The notes: a model not told the origin generated them from the sequence alone. A DNA stretch of 63,918 bases, filler included, from Octopus bimaculoides (GCF_001194135.2; 7 parts of 7 records of this genome joined end to end with filler, not necessarily neighbours in it), one strand, 5' to 3'. Positions 47,656-62,237 are shown, counted from the whole stretch's first letter. A program made the numbers and translations.

Positions 47656-49204
47656 TGAACAGGTGTGTGTGTGTGTGCATAACATGCATATATTTTGTGT
47701 TGTGTGCTTGTATGTTATTGAAAACTCGATTTTAACTTCTTTTTTCTATTACTGAGAGTATTTCTTAGAGCATTGTTAGTGGTTTATGTTGGAACGAGAA
47801 GGAAATAAAAAGAAAAGTAAGAAACAAAGACTGCAAGAAAGAAAGAATAGAGAAGAAACGGAAAGGATGAAATTAAAGAAAGAGTTTTAGAAATACAAGA
47901 AAAGTAGGAAAGAAAACAACCTGTGCGCGCGCGCACAAATACACTCACACACACAAAATGATAGAGCATGGGGATGTTAAAAATAGAAATTTAACGACAT
48001 AGCGGCAGAGGGAAAGGATAGAACTAGGGGAACAAAAGAGAAATATACTGAAAGTAGGAAAGTGAAGGAGGAGCAGGGGGGGGNNNNNNNNNNNNNNNNN
48101 NNNNNNNNNNNNNNNNNNNNNNNNNNNNNNNNNNNNNNNNNNNNNNNNNNNNNNNNNNNNNNNNNNNNNNNNNNNNNNNNNNNNNNNNNNNNNNNNNNNN
48201 NNNNNNNNNNNNNNNNNNNNNNNNNNNNNNNNNNNNNNNNNNNNNNNNNNNNNNNNNNNNNNNNNNNNNNNNNNNNNNNNNNNNNNNNNNNNNNNNNNNN
48301 NNNNNNNNNNNNNNNNNNNNNNNNNNNNNNNNNNNNNNNNNNNNNNNNNNNNNNNNNNNNNNNNNNNNNNNNNNNNNNNNNNNNNNNNNNNNNNNNNNNN
48401 NNNNNNNNNNNNNNNNNNNNNNNNNNNNNNNNNNNNNNNNNNNNNNNNNNNNNNNNNNNNNNNNNNNNNNNNNNNNNNNNNNNNNNNNNNNNNNNNNNNN
48501 NNNNNNNNNNNNNNNNNNNNNNNNNNNNNNNNNNNNNNNNNNNNNNNNNNNNNNNNNNNNNNNNNNNNNNNNNNNNNNNNNNNNNNNNNNNNNNNNNNNN
48601 NNNNNNNNNNNNNNNNNNNNNNNNNNNNNNNNNNNNNNNNNNNNNNNNNNNNNNNNNNNNNNNNNNNNNNNATATATATATATATATATATATCAATTAC
48701 TAGATACAGATATATATGCATACATACATGCATATATATATGCATATATATATGCATATATATATATATATATATATATATAAACACACACGCGAGTATA
48801 ATCAAATATAGACTTATAAAGAGAAGCCCCCACCACCCACCCACCCACAAGTATACATATGGTTATAGAGGGCATGGTGCGTGTGGAGGGGTGCCGCAAA
48901 ATTGCCTTAAGATATAGACATAGTCAAATCATTCAGGTTAGCTAAAGTGTGTACGTGTATGTGTACGTGCGATGCATTAAATACATCATTTCGCGGCAAA
49001 TTTGATCATCTGCGAAAATATAAACGCCTTTTCTCTCTTTTCTTGTCAATTAATATCAAACATCACGTTGTGTCTAATGAACGTGCTGCGTTGCTCGTTC
49101 TGCTGTCTCACTTCTAAGTTGTGCGAGCGATTTTTTTTAGATAGGTTTGGTGACTGAACAACAGGGCAAACAGAGAGAATCAGAAACATGAGAAAAATTG
49201 AAAG

Positions 49205-49624
<420 letters not shown>

Positions 49625-50018
49625 NNNNNNNNNNNNNNNNNNNNNNNNNNNNNNNNNNNNNNNNNNNNNNNNNNNNNNNNNNNNNNNNNNNNNNNNNNNN
49701 NNNNNNNNNNNNNNNNNNNNNNNNNNNNNNNNNNNNNNNNNNNNNNNNNNNNNNNNNNNNNNNNNNNNNNNNNNNNNNNNNNNNNNNNNNNNNNNNNNNN
49801 NNNNNNNNNNNNNNNNNNNNNNNNNNNNNNNNNNNNNNNNNNNNNNNNNNNNNNNNNNNNNNNNNNNNNNNNNNNNNNNNNNNNNNNNNNNNNNNNNNNN
49901 NNNNNNNNNNNNNNNNNNNNNNNNNNNNNNNNNNNNNNNNNNNNNNNNNNNNNNNNNNNNNNNNNNNNNNNNNNNNNNNNNNNNNNNNNNNNNNNNNNNN
50001 NNNNNNNNNNNNNNNNNN

Positions 50019-50078
<60 letters not shown>

Positions 50079-50410
50079 ATGAAAGAAAGAAAGAAAGGGA
50101 AAAACAGAGTAAGGTGGAGAGAGAAAGAGAAGAGAGAGAGATGTAAAACGCGATAGAGAGAAAAGTGTAGCAAAGTTTTCGAAAAACTGGTGAATAAGAG
50201 GAATTGTAGAGAAATGAGAGAAAGAGGAAAAATGAAAAATAGAGTAAAGAAAAAAGAGGAGACGGGAAAGATAATAATTTATTGGTGACTCAGTCGGAGA
50301 AGGAAGGGACAGCATCCTTGAGCAGAGTCACCTTGGACAGAAAAGGAGAAAAAAAGAAAGGAAAAGAACAAAGAAAACGACAGATAACAAAAGTGCAATT
50401 GCAATAACAA

Positions 50411-50473
<63 letters not shown>

Positions 50474-52671
50474 CGAACGAGAGGAAAAAGATCAGTAATT
50501 TAACACTAAAATGAATCTTTTATCAGAAATAGAGGTGGAGGAAGCCGTATTGCATATGGAACAGTGATTGTTAACCAGTCTGACTAGTTGGAATATATTT
50601 ATATAATAGTTGTAATGGTCATATCAGTCTAGTCTGACCAGGTTAATATTGAAAAATGTCTGTTTAACACAAATGACCACACTAGAGGAAAATGGCCACC
50701 TTAGTTACACGATGATGTGTCAGTGAAATACTTTATGTAAAATACTAATAAATATAATCAATAGTGTTGCCTTTATTGCTAGTGGGTGCAGGCATAGTTG
50801 TATGGCTTTTAGTATTTAATGGTAATCCACTGAGCAACATCTCGCGTACGTTTTCCACAAAAGAAGCCTGAGATTGAGCAAAGTTTTATAGGTAAAATAT
50901 AATGACAGAAACTGTGGGAGTCCGATAGAGGGAGCATTTATTTTTCTGCAAGAGACTTAATACGTCGCCTTGTTTAACACCAGCATCTAGATCCTGGATG
51001 TCTTTTGTGAAACTCAACTTTTGTCAAGGGTTTGGACCAACCTTTCTGGTTGAAACAGTTCCCTCTTTTACTCCCACGAGTCTTAAAGAACCTGAGAAGA
51101 GTAAAGGCGCTGCCTTTCCTTCTCTGCGTGCGATTTTTAAAAAAAGGTTTGGACAACACGAACCCTTCGAATAAGTGAGGCCAGTAACCAATCGGAACCT
51201 ACCGTGGTAAAAGGGGCAGCCACAAAAGCTTTTGAATTGGTTGGATCAATGAAAGTCTGTTAAATCTCTTACTATCAAGGCTAGTAGTTATAAACTGAAT
51301 TCTGCATTTTAAGTTTAAAAAAAGAACCTGCAAGTTTGCAGAGACCCCACTATAGGTATTCTGGCTTGTTGGATCTGTTTACAGTAGGCAGAGACTAGAC
51401 TGTCTCTGAAGAGGATTTATACTCGAGATAAAAGACTTCCTTTCCCCACACAAAATGGTTTATTCCTTTTTGTGAACATGTTTGTACTAACACTTGTTTA
51501 ACGCTTCTTTCACCAAATTATATTCTAAGTCAATTATATTCTAAGACAATGTCTAGTGTCAATAATGCCATATGAATTGCGCCTTGGTAGCTAATCGGAC
51601 CATTGACTTGGTCAGTTGTGACTCGAAAAGGCCCCGAGAGGAACGAATCCAACCCTTTCTTCTACGTGTTGTTAGAAAAAAAGAACACATTGAATAATAT
51701 GATCGTAAACATGCCACTCCTCAAAAACAGATGTAATTGTCAGAGCTGAAACAATCCCCCATCATGTCTGCTCTAATTAAAGCTAAACAATTACAACAAC
51801 AACCAATTTTTATTAAAATGTAATTATCGTTCTTCTGTGAGATCGGAACTGTCCAATAGATAAAGCTCTGAATTAGCAACACAGGTCTTCAGTTGATATA
51901 TCTCATAAATATTTCACTATCTCTCGACAGGGCAATGTTATTTGCTTCTAAATATATATCAGACATTCTAATGGAAGTTGGACTAATTTTTGTAATGTTA
52001 AGGGATGGTAGGAACAGAAATAAGCCTATTTTCAAATAATTACATGTACAGAGTTATATCTGTATGATTTTGTCTCACAGTAAACGGTCCACGGGAATTT
52101 TTTTTTTTTTTTTTAGCTTGGGATAAATACTGACCTGGCAGATTCAATTGTTAGGAACTAATCAGCAATTATTCGCCTTCCCTTCCCAAAATACCAAGAT
52201 AAAGTAGTGAAAATGTAAACAAAATTGAGCTAAACAATTTATTTTCATAATGGCATTAATTATTACAGTGGGCATATTGGTAGTAGCATCCTTTATATTC
52301 TGAATTCAAGTTTGCCTAGATCAACTTTACCTTTTATCTGATGACCAAATGCGATAAAATAAAGTACCAGTCAAGTACAGATGTCGATGTAATCGTTCGT
52401 TCTCTCCCCCAAAATATTATTGTTCGTACCTAAGAAATCACTAATCACTAGGGTACCATAGGCTGACAAATATGATGTGAAATCACACATTTATGGGAAA
52501 TGGAAATTAAAATCTGCAACATTCATGCGTTAGCAACAGAGATGAAGGGATATAACTAAAACCGAGACTTAGACCTGTCTTGCTGAGATATGCTCTCCTA
52601 CTGCAGTTCTAAATTGTCAATACACTGATTACACGTTCTTGTAGAAGTTTGACATCCTATTATTACTGTAT

Positions 52672-53040
52672 GATACTGACTCTGAGTCACAATATTTTAA
52701 TGTACTACATGAACATGTACTACATGAACATGTACTACATGAACATGTACTACATGTACTGGTTCGATAAATATCATGCAATATTTTAATGAGTTGCAAG
52801 GGTGAGATATGATTCAGTAAGATATCATACTTGAATATGTTGTAAGAGCAAGATACTGACTCAGTGATATAATACTATGATGTAATATTTGATAAGGGCA
52901 AGATGTATGATATCTCACAAAGATATCATACAATATCTTAATATGTTATGAGAGCAAGTTACAGGCTGAGTGAGATATACAACATTCTAATGTGCTGTAA
53001 AAATATGATACAAGGCCAGAGAGACATCATATTATCCTAA
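52672..53040. repeat. Degenerate ~50-bp tandem array with embedded 15-bp perfect repeat
   Basis: Recurrent GAGCAAG ATACTGACTCAG GATATCATAC AATAT; ATGTACTACATGAAC x3 at 52700-52744. Confidence 0.7.
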
Positions 53041-54105
53041 ATTCTAAAACTGAGCTAAAACAAAAAAAAACCTCTTCTCCTGAGAAATCCTTCCTTCACA
53101 CCAAACGGCTCTCAACTTCTCATAGCAATCACATTGTAAAAAAATACAACAATAGCCCGGGCCAAACATAGTACCTCTCAAAAGCTTAACTAACCCTAAC
53201 TGTAAATTGTTTGAACATTCATAATATATACATTAAAATTATAACATTCTCTCTTTTGATGTTTTTGAAAATATTTTCACTAAAAAGTATTTACTAGAAA
53301 CAACATTAATGTGCAATAATTTGTGGTCGGCTTAATAAATACAATACAGGCAGAATTTGAGTGCATGTGTTTGTACCTGTGTCTCTGCGTGAATGTGTGC
53401 TTGAGAAAAGAAGGTAGAGATGGAGGGAGGGAGAGAGAGAGGCAGGTAGTGAGTGAGTGGGTGAGTGCATTTGCAAGAGAATTCAGGCCATTAGCAGTTC
53501 TGATTGTTTAGACTAAAAGCAGTCAAACACTGTGAGTAGATACAATCGATGTTTCTTTTACCCAAAATTTCTGGTTTTGTAAGGAAATCATCATCATCAT
53601 CATCATCGTCGTCGTCGTCGTTGTTGTTGTTGTTACCGTTGTTTGTTGGTAAGAAAGGATCTCTGTGAGTAGGTTTCATTAATACAGCAATTTTCAACTA
53701 GATTTCCCAACAGAAAATATTTTTTATCCAGTTTTATAAACAAAAGGTTTTGTGACTGTTTAAGAATCCTCCCCATTACCTGCGGTAGAAGAACAGTTTG
53801 TCTTTCGACATTTTAACTGGGGGTTTTTTTTATATTCTTGGCAAAAACCCATTTGTATTGGCATTTGTGTTTCAAATTGTTTTCAGAAGTATCCGGAAGA
53901 ATTGGTCACAGGGCGAGACCAAAGGTTACTTTAATGTAAATGGTTAGCTCAATTGTCATGGGTACAAAAGGTGTGTAATTCGAGTCCTGTAGGTAAATTT
54001 TGGCCTTTTTACCAACCAAGAAATTTTCAGTCCAATATTATTTGTTATAATCCTTAAGACTGTAGTCACTTCAGGATTTATTGCATCGTGTTTGTGTGTG
54101 TGTGA

Positions 54106-54146
<41 letters not shown>

Positions 54147-54489
54147 CGAGTGTGCGTACATATATGTTTGTGTATATATATATACACACACATATATATA
54201 TGTGCATATATATGCATATATATATATATTCTATTTAATATATTTTATATATTTTATGAGTTTAATTTGATTATCTTCATAATTTCTTCTATCCCCATTC
54301 AATTTGATCCCTCTTATACCCTTTCTTTACCTTGTGGAATTATCCCCTGTAAAGTTTGAATCTTTTGAGCACTACTAAATGTCTTCTATACGGAGAATAT
54401 CTGGATCTTATTTGTGAACTATATCTATATATATTTTTTTTTTTTGACCGCAAAAAATATATTAATAAATAAATAAATAATCAATTTTC

Positions 54490-55389
54490 GGACGTTGGGC
54501 AGCTGCACCTACTATAACTATGGCAGCATCTGGCAACGCAGGCCTCTCTCAAACCCAGGCACCCGCTGCCTGCCACTGTCTCTCAGTCGCTTTCACGCAT
54601 CAGTAGCGTGTGTTTGTTACAAATGTATCTGAAATACAATGACCAGTAAAAGGAAAATGCTTTCATCTACATATGCGATAGCTAGGATGTTATGGAAAAC
54701 TATTGATTCAGACTGTAAAATGAAGATTATCCGGCAGTATAAAGGCGGAAAGAAGGTGAATACAATAGCATTCCACGGTATCGACAATACTTAAGGACTA
54801 AGAAAGAATTCGTGAAAGGTTCTGCACTTATGAAGTCTACAATTTTAACCAAACAACGACGGGGACCCATCCATGAAATGGAGGAATTGTTATTCATGTG
54901 GATGGAAGATTTAATACAGAAAAAAAAACATGCGTGAGTCTTCTCACAGTGCAAACAATGACTAGAAGTCTGTTTCAGACTTTAAATTCAGGCTCCGGCG
55001 ATTATTACGCACAACATATTCAGGCTAGTAATGAGTGGTTTAGGCGTTTAAAAAAAAACAGTTTTGCTTTGCATAATGTACGTGTCACAGGAGAAGCAGG
55101 AAGTGCAGATGAGGATGGAGCCCAAAAATTTCGTTGATAGTTTTGATGAATTAATTGAGGAAGGTTATCTACCAGAACAAATATTCAACAAGTATTTACA
55201 ATACAATAGAGTACATATTATGTATTTTTCACATTATATACAATAATTATGGATTAAATTTTTCTGTTTTATATTTTTATAACCCGTTTGAATGAAAATA
55301 GTGTTGAAACACATATATCCGTCATATGACCAAATCAACTTATGACCTATCAGTCGGAATGGAATTCGGTCGTAAGTCGAGAAGGAGTA
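54490..55389 (+). mobile_element. Tigger-type DNA transposon relic (HTH region, internal deletion, right TIR)
   Basis: From ATG 54639: KMKIIRQYKGGKK, EMEELLFMWMED, QASNEWFRRLK, LHNVRVTGEAGSADEDGA, EEGYLPEQIFN; GGTCGTAAGTCGAG at about 55368-55381. Left boundary uncertain. Confidence 0.85.
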
Positions 55390-55390
55390 A

Positions 55391-55450
<60 letters not shown>

Positions 55451-55550
55451 NNNNNNNNNNNNNNNNNNNNNNNNNNNNNNNNNNNNNNNNNNNNTTAATT
55501 AATTAANNNNNNNNNNNNNNNNNNNNNNNNNNNNNNNNNNNNNNNNNNNN
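55451..55550. other. Assembly spacer 44N-TTAATTAATTAA-44N
   Basis: Linker 55495-55506. Confidence 0.97.
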
Positions 55551-57190
55551 AGACTTCATCAAGGGGTGCACTTCGACACTTGGTGGTTATGAGATGATGT
55601 CGAAGAGATATGACACGGCATTCAAAGGCAGTCTGAATTGATGTTAGGCCCCTCCCTCCTTTATTTCGTTTTAGGTATAGGCGGTCTACATCGCTATTGA
55701 TGTGAAAGTTGTTCGTGCTCGTTAGTATTTTTCGGGTCTTCACATCAAGGGATCGGATTTCATCGATCGTCCAGTCAAGTATCCCAAATGTCGGTATGAG
55801 TACTGGTACTGCAAACACATTATGGGCTATTGCTTTATTGAACGCAGAGAGTTCCGAGGTCCGTATTTTCCTAACCCGATTTCTGTATTCCTTAGTAACA
55901 CGTTCCTTGTTACAGGTACCTTCATATGATACGTTTTCATCTACTCCCAGGTATCTGTAGGATTCCTCATCAGATATTGGAGAAACAGATAGGCCATTGA
56001 TGGAGATGTTGTTAGGGTGGTTTTTAGCCCTTCCTCGTTCCACAACCATATAGGAACATTTATCTTGGCCAAACTCTAGTCCTACATCACCAGAAAATGT
56101 TGTGACCAGGTCGAGGCTTTTTTTCATATCATCCATGTTCTTGGCATACAATTTCAAATCATCGACAAAAAAGCAGTGCGTAATNNNNNNNNNNNNNNNN
56201 NNNNNNNNNNNNNNNNNNNNNNNNNNNNNNNNNNNNNNNNNNNNNNNNNNNNNNNNNNNNNNNNNNNNNNNNNNNNNNNNNNNNNNNNNNNNNNNNNNNN
56301 NNNNNNNNNNNNNNNNNNNNNNNNNNNNNNNNNNNNNNNNNNNNNNNNNNNNNNNNNNNNNNNNNNNNNNNNNNNNNNNNNNNNNNNNNNNNNNNNNNNN
56401 NNNNNNNNNNNNNNNNNNNNNNNNNNNNNNNNNNNNNNNNNNNNNNNNNNNNNNNNNNNNNNNNNNNNNNNNNNNNNNNNNNNNNNNNNNNNNNNNNNNN
56501 NNNNNNNNNNNNNNNNNNNNNNNNNNNNNNNNNNNNNNNNNNNNNNNNNNNNNNNNNNNNNNNNNNNNNNNNNNNNNNNNNNNNNNNNNNNNNNNNNNNN
56601 NNNNNNNNNNNNNNNNNNNNNNNNNNNNNNNNNNNNNNNNNNNNNNNNNNNNNNNNNNNNNNNNNNNNNNNNNNNNNNNNNNNNNNNNNNNNNNNNNNNN
56701 NNNNNNNNNNNNNNNNNNNNNNNNNNNNNNNNNNNNNNNNNNNNNNNNNNNNNNNNNNNNNNNNNNNNNNNNNNNNNNNNNNNAGGAATCTGTTTAGGCA
56801 TGCTGTATAAATCTTATACATTAAATTTTGGCATGCAATAGGCCTGTAATTTTTTGCCAATTAGGTTTCCTTGCTTTTCGGAACAAGCTTTGTTTCCGCC
56901 AGAGCCAACCAGTCTGGTATGCTGCCATCTCCATTGAGGGCTTGCTGGTACAGTTTAATAAGGTACGGTCGGTAACAGGTAAGCTTCTTGTACCAGTATC
57001 CAACGATCAGGTCCCTACCCGGTGCTTTACCATCATGGAGTTTTTGGAGGACAGTTGCAAGAACATCACCGTCAATCTTGTATGTCTTGGGTATAATCCC
57101 CGGACAATAATCATTTTTTATTTTCTGTAGCCATAAAGCATCTCGGTTAAATTCCTTCTCTTCTCCCCAAATCTTTCTCCAGAAGGAGTC
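55551..57190 (-). mobile_element. R4/Dong-like (RLE-type) LINE RT region, split by an N gap
   Basis: PGRDLIVGYWYKKL..KNYRPIACQNLMYK; ITHCFFVDD/KLYAK (one frameshift), FGQDKC, YRYLG, NKAIAHN.FAVP, SDVDRLYLKR..GGRGL. Confidence 0.9.
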
Positions 57191-57339
57191 TACATCATCT
57201 TGAGAAGGAGGTTCAGTAATGTATGTATGTATGTAGTATGTATGTATGTATGTATGTATGTATCTATCTATCTGTCTGTTTGTCTGTGTGTTTGCTTGTC
57301 TATCTGTCTATCAGTCTATCTATACACACGCATATATAC

Positions 57340-57385
<46 letters not shown>

Positions 57386-58540
57386 GCACATACACAGATA
57401 TATACTTAGATACTTAGACATACACACACTCACACACACATATACACACACACTCATACGCACACACACACACACACACACACTCATACACACACATATG
57501 TATGCATGTATTTCATTCTTTAACAAAAATAGTTTTAGCAGTAACTTCGAAGTTTCGGCCAGCTGAATTCTTATCAGGGGCATCATCATCAATTGGCCCA
57601 ATCCTCAGTTTCCCATAAGGAAAAAAGTATCAGTAACTAATTTTTGAAATTGTGTCTGTGTACGAGACTGAGTTAGAAGGAGAGAGAAGGAGACAGAGAG
57701 AGAGAAGGAGACAGAGAAGTAGAAGGAGGGAGAGAAACGTAGAGAGGAGACAGGGCGAGAGAAGGGAGAAAGAGGGAGAGAGAAGAGAGAAAGAGGGAGA
57801 GAGGGGAATTCGGAATAGTTAAAATTAGTTAAAGTAGGGTACCAACGACCGTTTCTGGGGGTTTCATTGCAGGAAAAAAATAAAGGGATGTAATACCCAT
57901 TATTTGGCAATTCTTATATATATATATATATATNNNNNNNNNNNNNNNNNNNNNNNNNNNNNNNNNNNNNNNNNNNNNNNNNNNNNNNNNNNNNNNNNNN
58001 NNNNNNNNNNNNNNNNNNNNNNNNNNNNNNNNNNNNNNNNNNNNNNNNNNNNNNNNNNNNNNNNNNNNNNNNNNNNNNNNNNNNNNNNNNNNNNNNNNNN
58101 NNNNNNNNNNNNNNNNNNNNNNNNNNNNNNNNNNNNNNNNNNNNNNNNNNNNNNNNNNNNNNNNNNNNNNNNNNNNNNNNNNNNNNNNNNNNNNNNNNNN
58201 NNNNNNNNNNNNNNNNNNNNNNNNNNNNNNNNNNNNNNNNNNNNNNNNNNNNNNNNNNNNNNNNNNNNNNNNNNNNNNNNNNNNNNNNNNNNNNNNNNNN
58301 NNNNNNNNNNNNNNNNNNNNNNNNNNNNNNNNNNNNNNNNNNNNNNNNNNNNNNNNNNNNNNNNNNNNNNNNNNNNNNNNNNNNNNNNNNNNNNNNNNNN
58401 NNNNNNNNNNNNNNNNNNNNNNTGGTCAAAGTATCGTATCTCCAGCTGCTTCAGATGCCATGATATCAAAAATTGTCAAAGTGTCGTACAACGGTTTTGT
58501 TACAACTGTTTTTTTTCTTTTTCGGAAAAAGCAACGTTTT

Positions 58541-58756
58541 AAGGCAGGAAGCTGACAGAAACGTTAGCACGCCGGGTGAAATGCTTAGCGGTATTTCGTC
58601 TGTCTTTACGTTCTGAGTTCGAATTCCCCCGAGGTAGACTCTGCCTTTCATCTTTTCGGGGTCGATAAATTAAGTACCAGTTGCATTCTGGAATCGATCT
58701 AATCGACTGGCCCCTTGCCTCAAAATTTCGGGTCTTGTGCCTAGAGCAGAAAAGAA
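58541..58756 (+). mobile_element. SINE-B, full length
   Basis: B box GAGTTCGAATTCC 58615-58627; central domain; end CTAGAGCAGAAAAGA. Confidence 0.9.
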
Positions 58757-58814
58757 AAAAAACCCAACGTTTTGGACTTACAGCACTTTTGCATAATAGC
58801 AGCAATGTATACTT

Positions 58815-58975
58815 TTATTCTTTTGCTTATTTCAGTCATTTGACAGTGGCCATGCGGGAGCACCGCCTTAAAAAGTTTTAATCGAAGAAATCGCTCCCAA
58901 GACTTGTATGCCTAGTACTTATATATATATATATATGACGGGCTTCTTTCAGTTACCATCTGCCAAACATATATA
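58815..58975 (-). mobile_element. SINE-A, internally deleted
   Basis: TTCAGTCATTTGACAGTGGCCATGC..CCTAGTACTTA..GACGGGCTTCTTTCAG. Confidence 0.75.
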
Positions 58976-58993
58976 TATATATATATATATATA

Positions 58994-59047
<54 letters not shown>

Positions 59048-59214
59048 TATGGTTGTATAAATACACACAGACCTAACGCACTAAAAACATATCGATACTT
59101 ATATACCTATTACAATAATTGAATATACCTATATACATAGAAAGATACACATATACATACATTCATATACACATATATGTGTATGTACACACAAATATAT
59201 ATATATATATATAT

Positions 59215-59533
59215 TTATTTACTTATTTTTTATTTATTTATTTATGTGTTTCAGCCAAGTGGCTGCGGTCATGCTGGTGCACCACCGTGATTTTCACGTT
59301 CCTTGCATGGCTCTTCTCCCTCACCTGACATGGTCCAATCAAGAGTTTTGATGGCACATCTGGTGTATAAGAGAATTTGACACAGCTGCCCTAAACTGCG
59401 TCTCATTACGAGCCATTGGTTCGTCTGGTATCGTGGAGAGGAAAGCGTCAAGTTTTGTCTTGAAGACCTCCGCATCCATGTCTTGCATGTCTCTCAAATG
59501 TTTTGGCAGGGCATTGAAGAGCTGAGGTCCTCT
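59215..59533 (-). mobile_element. 3' end of a CR1/L2-group LINE with (TAAA)n tail
   Basis: RGPQLFNALPKHLRD..FKTKLDAFLSTIPDEP..RAAVSNSLIHQ, stop 59339-59341, about 90-nt UTR, tail. Confidence 0.85.
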
Positions 59534-59633
59534 NNNNNNNNNNNNNNNNNNNNNNNNNNNNNNNNNNNNNNNNNNNNTTAATTAATTAANNNNNNNNNNN
59601 NNNNNNNNNNNNNNNNNNNNNNNNNNNNNNNNN
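59534..59633. other. Assembly spacer 44N-TTAATTAATTAA-44N
   Basis: Linker 59578-59589. Confidence 0.97.
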
Positions 59634-59738
59634 GTGGTAGCAGCAATGATGTTGGTGGTGGCGATAGTGGTTTTTTTGGGGTGGTGTATGGTGGCCGCTT
59701 ATGTTTCAAGACGTTTGATGAACTGGTACAAGAAGTCG

Positions 59739-59800
<62 letters not shown>

Positions 59801-60040
59801 AGTAGTAGTAGTAGTAGCAGTAGTAGTAGTTTAAACAGGAAAAAGCAGGAAGAAAAACAGCTCTGAGTAGAATTACTACGCACAGACAGACACAAATGCA
59901 CACTTAATAACAATTTCACTCAAACTATGCGACTTACAGTTTTGTAGTCTCGTAGGATGAACCTATCTCGTCAGGCACCTAAAGAGACTAAGCTTATTAA
60001 ATATGTCTCAAGTGCTACTTTTTGTATCGTTTCTGCACTC

Positions 60041-60071
<31 letters not shown>

Positions 60072-60472
60072 CATATATATATGAGACCTTTGACAGGTAC
60101 TCCCACCCTGGGTCAGATTCAAAGTGAGAACAGTGATGATTAAGGGGTCACCGTTCTCCTCCAAACTCCTGAACTCCCAAGCTGGAGTCTCGTCATCGGA
60201 TGCAGTTTAATGTCTTGCTCGGGACAGCATTATCTACCTAGGACAACATTATCTAATGTTTTCTTTGTTGTCGTGTAGCCCCGGGCCAATCCTGATTCGA
60301 GAGGCTTTTGATCAAAGGTGTCCTAACCATTAACATCCCGTCTTTTGTTAAGACACAATGTATCAAGGAGTCCATTAATTTTTGTGCTTTTTTTTTTGTT
60401 TCTTCTGTATGTCTGTAAGCTGTATTCCGTGTACGTGTGTTGTCTGCCATTTGTGTATATGTGTGCTCGTGT

Positions 60473-60510
<38 letters not shown>

Positions 60511-60789
60511 GTGCGTGCGTGTGTGTGTGTGCACGCGTCTTCGACCGAAGAAGCACTTCAAAGAATCATGTAAACGAAGAAATTGGCAATCATAGAATTC
60601 AGTGGATAACCGTAAACAATTCAGAGGTGCATGCGCGCGCGTGTGTGTGTGTGCATTCATGTGTTCGTGTGCACCTCTGAAGTAATATACGGGTGCACGC
60701 ACCTCGATGTGTCTTTTCATATCTGTATTTGTATGTATATGTGTGTATACATACATATATACATATATGTGAATGTGTGTGTGTGTATG

Positions 60790-60826
<37 letters not shown>

Positions 60827-60889
60827 GTTCATATACATATGTATATATGTATATACATATATATGTATATATATATATATATATATACA

Positions 60890-60925
<36 letters not shown>

Positions 60926-61489
60926 TATATATAATACCGGCCTTGATCAACTCAACTCATCATGAAACACATTCCAAATGTGACCATCGCATCTTAATTT
61001 CAAACACAATGTCATTTGTTGTCCTGTTTGAAGACGGATACGGTGTGGTCTGAGGGTGATTCGGCTACTCTTTCTAGCAAGTCGAGCGTCTACAAAGAGG
61101 ATCCTTCATTGGCTCGTTCGCGTGTGCGTGTGTGTGTGTGTGTGAATGGGGTGACGAGTGTATATATGTGTGCATGTTTACTAATGGGGGTTCTGAAACA
61201 GCACGAGGACACACGTGACCCTATAGATCCCTACCACATCGCTTCCGTTTGTTGATGCCGGGATGCGATGTGGTGTCTGTTCTCCTCTTCGTCCTTCTCC
61301 TTCCTCTCTCTCTCTCTTTCTGTCGCATACACACACACACACACTATTTCTCTCTCACACATACAAACACACACACGAAAATATATATTGACCCGCATAC
61401 ACACCTTATGACACATACACGTACAAACGTATATATTCGCACACAAACATACACATACACACACACATACAACTAAGCACACACGAGTC

Positions 61490-61538
<49 letters not shown>

Positions 61539-61721
61539 GCTATTGCATGTGCATCTTTGTGTGTGTGCATATATCTATATATATATGCAATAACATATAT
61601 GTGTGTGTGTGTGCGTGTGTGTGTGTGCGTGTGTGTGTGTCAGTGTGTGTGTGTGTGTCAGTGTGTGTGTGTATGGTATGTATGTATATATGGATAGATG
61701 AGTATATATATGTGTGTGTGC

Positions 61722-61768
<47 letters not shown>

Positions 61769-62237
61769 TATATATATATATGTATGTATGTATACATGTA
61801 TATATACGTGTGAATATATATACATCTTAGTGTATGTATGTGCGTATGTGAGCATGAATTTTTGTATATGTATGTGCGTGCATATGCGTGTATATGTATG
61901 TGTGAATGCATGCGTGTATGTGCGCATGTGTGCATGTGTGTGTGTGTGTGGAGAGGTGTAGAGGAGGAAACAGGAAAAAATAAGATGAAAGGAGAACAGA
62001 AAGAAGATGTAATTGGATCCGCTTTGTAAAGCATATTCACTATCTGTCTGTCTGTGTGTCTTGTTTGTAAGCAGTGTGTGTGCGCGTGTGCGTTGTGTGT
62101 GTGCACGCGCTCGCTGCTGTATGTGTAAAAGCCAGCGTCAAGAGAAAGTGGAGGAAGTCATTGTCACAAAATATCATTGAGTAAAATTGATGAATTTGGA
62201 TAAAGTTGTATGTGGATGAGTGTGGTGAAGAGTGAGG

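Noticed and set aside
51402-51436. GTCT CTGAAGA .. GAGA TAAA AGAC hammerhead-like
   Set aside because: Stem I fits but GAAA is GAGA, no NUH, weak stem II; could be a decayed copy but is not supportable.
57542-57580. rc CTGATAA .. GAAA CTTCGAAG TT with palindromic stem III
   Set aside because: G8 missing and no stem I pairing.
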